A stretch of 24,000 nt of DNA from positions 324,708 through 348,707 of the forward strand of contig NZ_ATXP01000001.1 of assembly GCF_000421745.1 (NCBI RefSeq), given 5' to 3'. Source of the DNA: Nesterenkonia alba DSM 19423 (GTDB lineage: Bacteria; Actinomycetota; Actinomycetes; Actinomycetales; Micrococcaceae). The notes under the pieces are model-generated. The model did not search any database and was not told the origin of the DNA. It worked only from the letters and a program-made list of their open reading frames with translations. The position numbers were made by a program, and so were the translations under genes. Shown in pieces: positions 1 to 6,702 of this stretch. The number at the start of each line of letters is the position of its first letter. Position 1 is the first letter of the stretch.

Positions 1-188
1 GATGCTGGCGACAGGCTTTACGGACTCGCAGAGTAAGGGTCTTCGGCGTCAGGGTGCCGCAGAGGCAGAGACCTGATGTCTCAGGATGTGGAATATCGGC
101 GCTTTTGTTACTTGCATTTCGGAAATATTACGGCGATGCTGGGAGGGCACATCACCCGGCCCCTCGCCAGGAAGAGCTTGAGATTCAT

Positions 189-989
189 ATGTCCGCACCG
201 CTGAGCCAGGCCCAGAAGAACACGGGCTACATCCATCGCTCCGCGCGCAATGCAGCGCGACGGGCTCAAGCCGCTAAACGCCTGCGTAACGGGACTACCG
301 GTGGGGCCAATGGCGCCGCCAACGGGGTAGCCAATGGTCACACTGCACCTATTCCCGTAGTGGCGGGCAATGGTTCTGCCATGGTGCATCCTGACGTCGT
401 CGCTCGTGGTTTCGTCGTCTACGTCGGGCTGGATGAGGACGCCGCCACAGCCGCCGGCACCTCCCTGCACAAGCTAGCCGGGGAGATTCGTGACTACGTG
501 GAGGATGTCGCTGAAGACGCCCAGGTGCACATCGCCCTGGCGATGGCTTCGGCAGCAGCGGAAGGCAGCGATCTTGAGGTGGTCCGTCAGGCGCTGGGTG
601 ACCCCACCGTGGCCAACCGGACCGTGGAGCCCACCCCGCAACCTGCCCAGCCAACCACCAGCACCGGGGTGCTCATCGACCTGGCGCGCCGGGAGGTCAA
701 GCTGGATGGTGAGGATCTCAACCTCACCTATAAGGAGTTCGAGCTGCTGAACTACCTGGTGGATAACGCCACGCGGACGGTGGGCCGGCATGAGCTGCTG
801 AAGACTCTCTGGCGGAACATCGATGAGGATCAGATGCCCAATGAGCGCACGATTGATGTGCATATCCGCCGGCTGCGCTCCAAGCTTGGCCGGCTGGCCA
901 ACACCGTCCGGACGGTGCGCGGCCAGGGATACCGGTTCTATGAGCACCCGGAAGTGACGATCTGGGCGGCCCCCGAGTACTCCATCTGA
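189..989 (+). CDS. OmpR/PhoB-type winged-helix DNA-binding regulator without a recognisable receiver domain
   Basis: ORF 54..989. The C-terminal ~100 aa carry the OmpR/PhoB wHTH signature (LTYKEFELLNYLV...ERTIDVHIRRLRSKLG...VRGQGYRF). The N-terminal half is low-complexity (NG/A-rich) and too short or degenerate for a REC domain. Start placed at ATG 189 (MSAPLSQ...); the 54 start is possible but less likely. Confidence 0.75.
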   Translation: MSAPLSQAQKNTGYIHRSARNAARRAQAAKRLRNGTTGGANGAANGVANGHTAPIPVVAGNGSAMVHPDVVARGFVVYVGLDEDAATAAGTSLHKLAGEIRDYVEDVAEDAQVHIALAMASAAAEGSDLEVVRQALGDPTVANRTVEPTPQPAQPTTSTGVLIDLARREVKLDGEDLNLTYKEFELLNYLVDNATRTVGRHELLKTLWRNIDEDQMPNERTIDVHIRRLRSKLGRLANTVRTVRGQGYRFYEHPEVTIWAAPEYSI

Positions 990-992
990 GTC

Positions 993-1505
993 GTGCCAAA
1001 GACGCTGCTGTTTCTGCGGCACGCTGAAGCCGGGCAGAGTTTCACCGGTGAGGACCACTCCCGCACGCTCTCCGGTCACGGTGAACAGCAGGCGCGGGCT
1101 GTGGGCCGTTGGCTCGTGGAATCCCGGTACTGGCCGGAGATGACGGTGGTCTCGGATGCGATGCGAACCCGGCAGACATGTATCTGGATCGGCAGTGTTC
1201 TGGGGGAGAAAGGTGCGACGCCGGGGCTGGAGTCCCGGTTATACCTCGCCTCGGCTCGGCAGATGCTTTCCGTTATCAATGAGACCCCGGAAACTGTGCA
1301 GACGCTGTTAGTGATCGCACATATGCCGGGGGTGCAGGATCTCTCCATGGAACTGGCCAGCGTGGATTCTGATGAAGAGACGGTGCTCTCTATGGCGGAG
1401 TTCTGGCCACCCGCCGGTTGTGCGGTGTTCGCGGTGGATAAGCCCTGGGTGGAGTTGGACGGCCGCGATGCTCGGTTGGTCGAATTCGTCTCCGCAGAGG
1501 TGTGA
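993..1505 (+). CDS. SixA-like histidine phosphatase family protein (phosphohistidine phosphatase type)
   Basis: GTG 993 lies 3 nt after the regulator stop (TGA 987-989), suggesting co-transcription or translational coupling. N-terminal LLFLRHAEAG matches the RHG/RHA catalytic motif of histidine-phosphatase superfamily branch 1. The 170-aa size fits SixA-type proteins rather than dPGM. Confidence 0.75.
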   Translation: MPKTLLFLRHAEAGQSFTGEDHSRTLSGHGEQQARAVGRWLVESRYWPEMTVVSDAMRTRQTCIWIGSVLGEKGATPGLESRLYLASARQMLSVINETPETVQTLLVIAHMPGVQDLSMELASVDSDEETVLSMAEFWPPAGCAVFAVDKPWVELDGRDARLVEFVSAEV

Positions 1506-1517
1506 ACGTCTCGTCGA

Positions 1518-1547
1518 GTTGTCGCAGATCGGCCGGGGGCTGTATAG
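1518..1547 (+). promoter_or_regulatory. Putative sigma-A type promoter of tRNA-Arg
   Basis: TTGTCG (1518-1523), 18-nt spacer, TATAGT (1542-1547). The -10 ends 43 nt upstream of the mature tRNA 5' end at 1591. Confidence 0.4.
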
Positions 1548-1590
1548 TCGTCTAGGTCCGAAACGCGGTAAGGTGGCTGTTTCAGGACAT

Positions 1591-1667
<77 letters not shown>

Positions 1668-1681
1668 ACCGAATATCGAGC

Positions 1682-1725
1682 AAAACCCCTAGTTAGGACG
1701 GGATAACCGCCAGATCAGGGGTTTT
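1682..1725. terminator. Hairpin between convergent tRNA-Arg and the NMO gene
   Basis: AAAACCCCT (1682-1690) pairs with AGGGGTTTT (1717-1725): a 9-bp stem with a long 26-nt loop. T-run on the plus strand, A-run on the other. The large loop weakens the call. Confidence 0.35.
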
Positions 1726-1726
1726 C

Positions 1727-2791
1727 TCATGCCCGCTTGCTGCCATTCGCAGAGGGGTGGTAGGGAAAGAGTTCTCGAACGATACGCCCTGCGGATTTAG
1801 AGGACGCATGAGGAAACCCGGTCCCCGCCCAGAGATTTAGGCTCTCCGCGTCTTCCCCCTCAGCAGCCTTCTTCCGTAGTCCTGATGTCAGATAGTGAAG
1901 CTGCGGATAAAGGGCCGGAGCTGCGTCGGAGAGAGTGTCGGTGAACCGGTTGGAGATTGCCCGTGCAGGCCGCCCAGTGAAAGCTCTCGTGACAACGGTG
2001 TCCCGATCCTTAAGGTTACGAAGTGCCCAGCGATGAGTTTCTTTAGTTCCGGCCTCTTCCGCGTCAAGGAAGAGTGTGCCGACCTGGACGGCCGTTGCTC
2101 CAGCTCTCAAGACCTCCAGCACATCAGCTGAGGTGGCTATACCTCCACCGGCGAACACAGGTTTGTCTGAGATCGAGAGCGCGTATTCGATGAGGGAAAC
2201 CAGAGGCTCCGCCGAGTCGTCGTCAACTCCGAAGACTGTCGCTCGGTGTCCACCGGCGTTCGCACCCTGAATTCCGATCACGTCCGCTCCCGACGCTGCG
2301 ACCGCGTTTAGACCAGGTCGACTTGTGGCGTACAGAACAGCCAATTTTCCCGCAGCATGTACGCGTTCAATGACAGCGGCTGAGGGATGCCCAAAGGTAA
2401 AAGAGACGAATCGCGCCGAAGACTCCAGGGCAACGCCGAGCTTCGCTTCGAAATAGTCGTCCGACCAAACAGGCTCGGCTGGCAAGAGAGACTCTGGAAT
2501 ATCCAGTGTTGTTGCAATCTGCTGCCTGTAGCTCTCATAGGCGTCGCGGTCGCAGTCTTGGCCTTGGTGGTCCGGGACGAACAAGTTGATACCGTACGGC
2601 TTCGAGATCCTGCTCTCGAGTTCAACGATGTCTTCACCGAGCTTCTCAGGGCTCAGGTAGCCTGCAGCCAAGAAGGGGAGGCCTCCCGCTTCTGCCACTT
2701 CTGCTGCGAGGCGAGGCGTAGACGGCCCTCCCGCCATAGGTGCAAGCACCAGGGGTCGGGTTAGATTCAAGGCCATTTCCTCATCAGTCAC
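1727..2791 (-). CDS. Nitronate monooxygenase (2-nitropropane dioxygenase, NMO/NPD family) FMN enzyme
   Basis: ORF 1727..2947. It carries family hallmarks: PLVLAPMAGGPSTPRLAAEVAEAGGLPFLAAGY near the N-terminus, GIQGANAGGHR, and FAGGGIATSADVLEVLRAGATAVQVGTLFL. The start is uncertain: GTG 2791 (GGGAAG 9 nt upstream), ATG 2776 (GAGGAA directly abutting) or ATG 2947 (57-aa extension with no family similarity). Confidence 0.85.
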   Translation of the reverse strand: MTDEEMALNLTRPLVLAPMAGGPSTPRLAAEVAEAGGLPFLAAGYLSPEKLGEDIVELESRISKPYGINLFVPDHQGQDCDRDAYESYRQQIATTLDIPESLLPAEPVWSDDYFEAKLGVALESSARFVSFTFGHPSAAVIERVHAAGKLAVLYATSRPGLNAVAASGADVIGIQGANAGGHRATVFGVDDDSAEPLVSLIEYALSISDKPVFAGGGIATSADVLEVLRAGATAVQVGTLFLDAEEAGTKETHRWALRNLKDRDTVVTRAFTGRPARAISNRFTDTLSDAAPALYPQLHYLTSGLRKKAAEGEDAESLNLWAGTGFPHASSKSAGRIVRELFPYHPSANGSKRA

Positions 2792-3061
2792 GATGTCGTT
2801 CTTCCCAGTAAGTTCACAAGTGCCGACTGCATGGCGTGTGCCTGTGGTCACGCTAACATCTGTGACGAATCTCTCATCTTCGTTCACCGTGCTCGCTGCA
2901 ATCGAACCAATCACCCTGGTCAGTCTCGAAATGCGGGGTCGAGACATCGAAGAACATCAGAGCATAAGGCCTCAAACCGGCCCGGCTCAAGTGGTGACGC
3001 TTACAGGCTATCTGATCCCACGACCGAGCCCCCACGTGCCACACTGTGGGACCTCTAGACG

Positions 3062-3568
3062 TCATGTGCGGTCTTTCTTTGGACTTTGACCTGTTCTGTT
3101 TTTTGCCTCCGTGCCGTCTCTGCGTTTACCTGTGGGGTCAACGTACAGCTGGCCTAATCCCACGGCGAGAACTCCTAGAGCGGTTAGACCCACCAATGCG
3201 GCCACCACGAAAATCACGAGTGAGGGGAGAAGGTTTTGGACTGCCATACCCCAAACGATCAGGGCATACAGCACCGCTCCGAGTATGCCGAGAAGGAGAA
3301 TCAGCGCGGCAGCACTCGCGCCGTCGACACGCCTTACCGTTTTCCAGTGATGGGCCTCAATGCGGTGACTCAGAGTGCTAAGCAGAAGCTCACGATGCTT
3401 CAATTGGTCCGGCAAGCTCTGAATTAGATCACTTTCTCGTTGCATCACTCTAAGACGTTTAGAGGTGCCGTCACCGATGGTGGCAACTACGTACACCAAG
3501 TACGCGAATACATAGATGACAGGTGGAGCTGCCGCAACCAACTGGGGCCAGGTCTCTTCCATAGGCAT
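3062..3568 (-). CDS. Hypothetical integral membrane protein (about 3 TM segments), function unknown
   Basis: 168-aa ORF. Hydrophobic stretches at about residues 10-32, 84-109 and 113-140 flank a charged helical linker (KRLRVMQRESDLIQSLPDQLKHRELLLSTLSHRIEAHHWKTVRR), followed by a basic C-terminal tail. I recognise no family. It lies in the lower-G+C block. Confidence 0.55.
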   Translation of the reverse strand: MPMEETWPQLVAAAPPVIYVFAYLVYVVATIGDGTSKRLRVMQRESDLIQSLPDQLKHRELLLSTLSHRIEAHHWKTVRRVDGASAAALILLLGILGAVLYALIVWGMAVQNLLPSLVIFVVAALVGLTALGVLAVGLGQLYVDPTGKRRDGTEAKNRTGQSPKKDRT

Positions 3569-3748
3569 AGTTTCACATGTCCTTGGCCGCTGGGTGATTC
3601 CGGGGATTAGTCGCTGAATATACTCCTAAAAGCATATAAAACTCTATAGTTTCCAGCTATTTAACACATGATAGTACGCACTGAAAATAGTCTCGTTTCG
3701 CTTACTGTGTTTGTTTCCATAATCTGTTTTCGCTGCCTCCAACTCCCC

Positions 3749-3771
3749 CCCCGCAGATGACAGGGGGATGG
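3749..3771 (+). repeat. Direct repeat copy A (CCCCGCAGATGACAGGGGGATGG)
   Basis: 22/23 identical to 4419-4441. Preceded by CT plus a C-run (8 C here, 4 C in copy B). Internal CCCC(C)/GGGG(G) can form a short hairpin with a 10-nt loop. Sits 65 nt downstream of the toxin stop. Confidence 0.8.
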
Positions 3772-3835
3772 TGCTGGTTCCGGGGTCCTGCGTGGTCTCG
3801 GTGTGTCGGACGCGGCGCATAGCCATACGCCCGGC

Positions 3836-4105
3836 TCAGTCGTAGATGCTTCCGCTTCGGTGGCCGAGGTCCACGGCGACAATCATCAGAGCGTCACTTT
3901 GCACGTCCACCAGTACTCGCCAATCACCAACCCTCAGCCGGTATAAGCCCGCCAGCGGCCCGGAGAGAGGTTTCAGTCCATCAGTGGGGTCCTCTAGTTC
4001 TGTGAGCCGTTGAAGCTTTGACCGAATGCGTCTGGCTACCGACTTATCGAGCTTGCCCAGCGCCTTCGCTGCACGGGGACCATATCGAAGTTCCCACTTC
4101 GACAT
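3836..4105 (-). CDS. Type II toxin, RelE/ParE superfamily
   Basis: 89 aa with the typical RelE/StbE-ParE pattern: W..RY...A.K.L.KLDK...RRI...L..L...P.....KPL.G.L.G.YRLRVGDWRVL..V....L.I.....GHRS..Y. The ATG is 2 nt after the upstream antitoxin stop. Confidence 0.85.
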   Translation of the reverse strand: MSKWELRYGPRAAKALGKLDKSVARRIRSKLQRLTELEDPTDGLKPLSGPLAGLYRLRVGDWRVLVDVQSDALMIVAVDLGHRSGSIYD

Positions 4106-4107
4106 GC

Positions 4108-4335
4108 TTAGTCGTCAAGTCCCAGACGCCGCCCCACCTCTTCATCTGAAACCGTGGGGACCTCACCCTGCCGGATGGCTTCGACGTGTTCCCGTAGTTC
4201 GGCGGCCTCTTCAAGCTCTGCAACGTGGGAGGTCACCAATTCTCGGGCAAGCTCACTCTTCGACTGGCCGGTACGCGCAGCGATTCGCTCTAGACGTGCG
4301 TCAGTCTCAGGGTCGAAATCCAGGACGGTAGACAT
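4108..4335 (-). CDS. Type II antitoxin, ribbon-helix-helix (CopG/RelB-like)
   Basis: 75 aa. The N-terminal LDFDPETDARLERIAARTGQSKSELARELV is an RHH fold pattern, with an acidic C-terminal tail. GGGAG lies 7 nt upstream of ATG 4335. It sits immediately upstream of the RelE/ParE toxin. Confidence 0.8.
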   Translation of the reverse strand: MSTVLDFDPETDARLERIAARTGQSKSELARELVTSHVAELEEAAELREHVEAIRQGEVPTVSDEEVGRRLGLDD

Positions 4336-4418
4336 GTCAGGCTCCCGTGATTGTCAGGATCAGGTGTTCTCTAGTGTCCCACTACCAGAGGGGCCGCGCC
4401 ACATGCACCCGTTGCGCT

Positions 4419-4441
4419 CCCCGCAGGTGACAGGGGGATGG
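4419..4441 (+). repeat. Direct repeat copy B (CCCCGCAGGTGACAGGGGGATGG)
   Basis: 22/23 identical to 3749-3771. Lies 84 nt upstream of the antitoxin ATG in the divergent TA-pckG intergenic region. Its core (4422-4433) is also complementary to 4482-4493 (12 bp including one G-T pair). Confidence 0.8.
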
Positions 4442-4656
4442 CCGGACGGCATGACGAGGTTCACAGTGCTCGTTCACACGGCTGTCATCTGCGCACGTTA
4501 CAGTTGAGACATCTGCTCAGGCGGGGATTCCCGCGCGCAGGACGAGGTCAACGCCACAGTGCCGTGGCGCACCGGGGGAAGCCTTCCGGATCTCGACCAC
4601 GCTCGGCTCTGTCAGGGCAGGTGACACACAACCTGTACCCAATGGAGGGATGAACA

Positions 4657-6504
4657 GTGACCACCGTTGCAACGGCGCCCGGTGAGATAACAGCAGAGCG
4701 GATCGCCGCCACTGCCCCGACGACCCAGCAGAAGCTCCTCGACTTCGTTGTCGAGACCGCCCAACTGACCACTCCAGATGCCATCCACTGGGTGGACGGC
4801 AGTGAAGAAGAATACGACCGGCTCACTGAGGAACTCGTTCAAGCCGGCACCCTCACCCGACTCACGAGCCCGGACTTCCCGAACTCTTTTGCCGCTTTCT
4901 CCGATCCGGCTGACGTCGCCCGTGTGGAATCCCGGACCTTCATCTGCTCAGAGAATGAACGCGACGCCGGCTTCACCAATAACTGGATGGATCCCGGTCA
5001 GATGCGCGGTACTCTCAACCGGGTCTTCGACGGGGCCATGCGTGGGCGCACTATGTACGTCATCCCCTTTGTCATGGGACACCTCGACGCACAAGACCCC
5101 AAATTCGGCGTCGAAATCACCGACTCTGCCTATGTGGTGGCCAGTATGCGCATCATGGCGCGGATCGGTACTGATGTGCTGCGGCGCATGGAACATCTCG
5201 ATGCCTTCTTTGTCCCGGCGGTGCACTCTGTGGGTGCACCCTTGGCTCCTGGCGAGCAGGATGTGCCCTGGCCGTGCAATGAGGAGAAGTACATTGTCCA
5301 CTTCCCCGAAACCCGGGAGATCTGGTCCTACGGCTCCGGCTACGGTGGCAACGCCCTGCTGGGTAAGAAGTGCTACGCGCTGCGCATCGCCTCGGTCATG
5401 GCCCGCGATGAGGGCTGGCTCGCCGAGCACATGCTGATCCTCAAACTCACCAGCCCGCAGGGCAAGAGTTACCACATCTCCGCGGCGTTCCCCTCGGCCT
5501 GCGGGAAGACGAACCTCGCGCTGATCGACCCCTCCCTCGAAGGGTGGAAAGCCGAGACCCTCGGCGATGACATCACCTGGATTCGCCCTGGTCAAGACGG
5601 CGAATTCCGGGCGATCAACCCCGAAACTGGCTACTTCGGCGTCGCGCCCGGCACCGGATGGCACACCAACGCCAACGCCATGCGGGCCATCGCCAAAGGC
5701 AACAGCATCTTCACCAACTGCGCACTGACCGATGACGGCGGTGTGTGGTGGGAAGGAATGACCGAAGAACCACCGGCGCACCTGATCGACTGGCAGGGCA
5801 ACGACTGGACTCCGGACGCCGACCGGCCCGCCGCACACCCCAACGCCCGGTTCTGCACGCCCATTGACCAGACCGACATGCTCGCTGATGAGTACTTCGA
5901 CCCTGAAGGGGTGAAGCTTGACGCGATTCTCTTCGGCGGTCGCCGAAAGACCACCGTGCCACTGGTCACCCAGGCCCGCAGCTGGGAACACGGAATCTTC
6001 TTCGGCGCCACCCTGAGCTCAGAGACCACCGCCGCTGCCGAGGGGAAGGTCGGCACAGTGCGTCGGGACCCGATGGCGATGCTGCCATTTATCGGCTACG
6101 ACGCCGGGGACTACCTCAAGCACTGGGTGGACGTCTCATCCCAGGCTGACCCGGACAAGCTGCCCAGTATCTTCCTGGTGAACTGGTTCCGACGCGGCCG
6201 CGACGGCAAGATCGCCTGGCCGGGCTTCGCGGAGAACACCCGTGTGCTGAAGTGGGTCATCGAACGGATCGAAGGCACCGCTGAGGCGCAAGAGACCGCT
6301 ATTGGGTACACCCCCACACAGGACTCCATCGACACTGAGGGGCTGGAGATCACCCAAGAGCAGTTGGAAGACTCCCTTCGTGTGGATCCCGAAGAATGGA
6401 AAACGGAAATCCCAGACATCGAATCCTGGTTCGCCCGTTTCGGGGACTCCCTGCCCGAGTCCATCCGGGATGAACTCGAAGAACTCAAACGTCGCGTGGC
6501 CTAA
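4657..6504 (+). CDS. pckG: Phosphoenolpyruvate carboxykinase (GTP)
   Basis: 615 aa. It aligns along its whole length with my recollection of actinobacterial GTP-PEPCK ([46 protein letters not shown], the kinase-1a motif [19 protein letters not shown]). GTG start has GGAGGG 8 nt upstream. Confidence 0.97.
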   Translation: MTTVATAPGEITAERIAATAPTTQQKLLDFVVETAQLTTPDAIHWVDGSEEEYDRLTEELVQAGTLTRLTSPDFPNSFAAFSDPADVARVESRTFICSENERDAGFTNNWMDPGQMRGTLNRVFDGAMRGRTMYVIPFVMGHLDAQDPKFGVEITDSAYVVASMRIMARIGTDVLRRMEHLDAFFVPAVHSVGAPLAPGEQDVPWPCNEEKYIVHFPETREIWSYGSGYGGNALLGKKCYALRIASVMARDEGWLAEHMLILKLTSPQGKSYHISAAFPSACGKTNLALIDPSLEGWKAETLGDDITWIRPGQDGEFRAINPETGYFGVAPGTGWHTNANAMRAIAKGNSIFTNCALTDDGGVWWEGMTEEPPAHLIDWQGNDWTPDADRPAAHPNARFCTPIDQTDMLADEYFDPEGVKLDAILFGGRRKTTVPLVTQARSWEHGIFFGATLSSETTAAAEGKVGTVRRDPMAMLPFIGYDAGDYLKHWVDVSSQADPDKLPSIFLVNWFRRGRDGKIAWPGFAENTRVLKWVIERIEGTAEAQETAIGYTPTQDSIDTEGLEITQEQLEDSLRVDPEEWKTEIPDIESWFARFGDSLPESIRDELEELKRRVA

Positions 6505-6535
6505 ACCGTAGCGACCCGACCGTCCGCGGAGCACT

Positions 6536-6568
6536 GGGGTGTCCTTCTTTTATCGAGGAGGGCACCCC
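6536..6568 (+). terminator. Putative intrinsic terminator hairpin after pckG
   Basis: GGGGTGTCCT...AGGGCACCCC: a 10-bp stem with one mismatch and a 13-nt loop, 32 nt after the stop. There is no U-tract, which is common in actinobacteria. Confidence 0.5.
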
Positions 6569-6647
6569 AAGTGCGTTGGCATTCCACTCAACGGCACAGC
6601 AGCACGGAACGACGACGTCGTCGTGCTTGTTTCACGAAAAATGAAAC

Positions 6648-6673
6648 TTAGGGTAGGCTCACTCCGTTAATAT
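6648..6673 (+). promoter_or_regulatory. Candidate DtxR/IdeR-type iron box next to a -10-like TAATAT upstream of the siderophore-binding lipoprotein gene
   Basis: TTAGGGTAGGCTCACTCCG (6648-6666) matches the 19-bp consensus TWAGGTWAGSCTWACCTWA at 13/19 by hand. The left half is 8/9, the right half poor. TAATAT is at 6668-6673, GGAGG at 6692-6696 and ATG at 6703. Confidence 0.3.
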
Positions 6674-6702
6674 CACCTCACATCCTCTAATGGAGGTCCT
6701 CG

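Noticed and set aside
54-188. Upstream extension of the regulator ORF (start at GTG 54)
   Set aside because: The extension (MPQRQRPDVSGCGISALLLLAF...) covers a promoter-like AT-rich patch (TTGTTACTTGCATTTCGGAAATATTACGG). ATG 189 gives a more plausible N-terminus. The call remains uncertain.
1694-1712. TTAGGACGGGATAACCGCC, a second DtxR/IdeR-like sequence
   Set aside because: It matches only about 12/19 by hand. It lies inside the loop of the hairpin between a tRNA and a convergent gene end, with no promoter to regulate.
3733-3756. CTGC-(C-rich 16-nt loop with an 8-C run)-GCAG, considered as a 6C-type sRNA stem-loop
   Set aside because: 6C RNAs have two well-formed stem-loops with C-rich loops. 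Here there is a single 4-bp stem and the C-run length differs from the other repeat copy.
3757-3822. Small ORFs starting inside the two repeat copies with the same MTGGW N-terminus (ATG 3757..3822, 21 aa; GTG 4427..4507, 26 aa)
   Set aside because: The shared N-terminus simply reflects the DNA repeat. Neither has an SD, the downstream sequences are unrelated and there is no peptide signature. Treated as a by-product of the repeat rather than as genes.
4565-4572. GGCGCACC, identical to 8 nt of the tRNA-Arg 3' acceptor end, considered as a possible island att repeat. A GAATAT match near 3617 was considered for the same reason.
   Set aside because: Only 8 nt (or 6 nt) match, and the flanks do not align (about 11/23 at best). 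That is expected by chance in GC-rich DNA and is not adequate evidence for attL/attR.
4438-4653. 71-aa plus-strand ORF in the pckG upstream region
   Set aside because: It is Arg/His/Ser-rich junk composition with no RBS and overlaps the motif cluster, so the region is more likely regulatory DNA.
4948-5991. 347-aa minus-strand ORF inside pckG, plus the 4778..5437 plus-strand alternative frame
   Set aside because: pckG is unambiguous over this span. These frames are low-complexity R/G/P/A-rich with no domain signatures.
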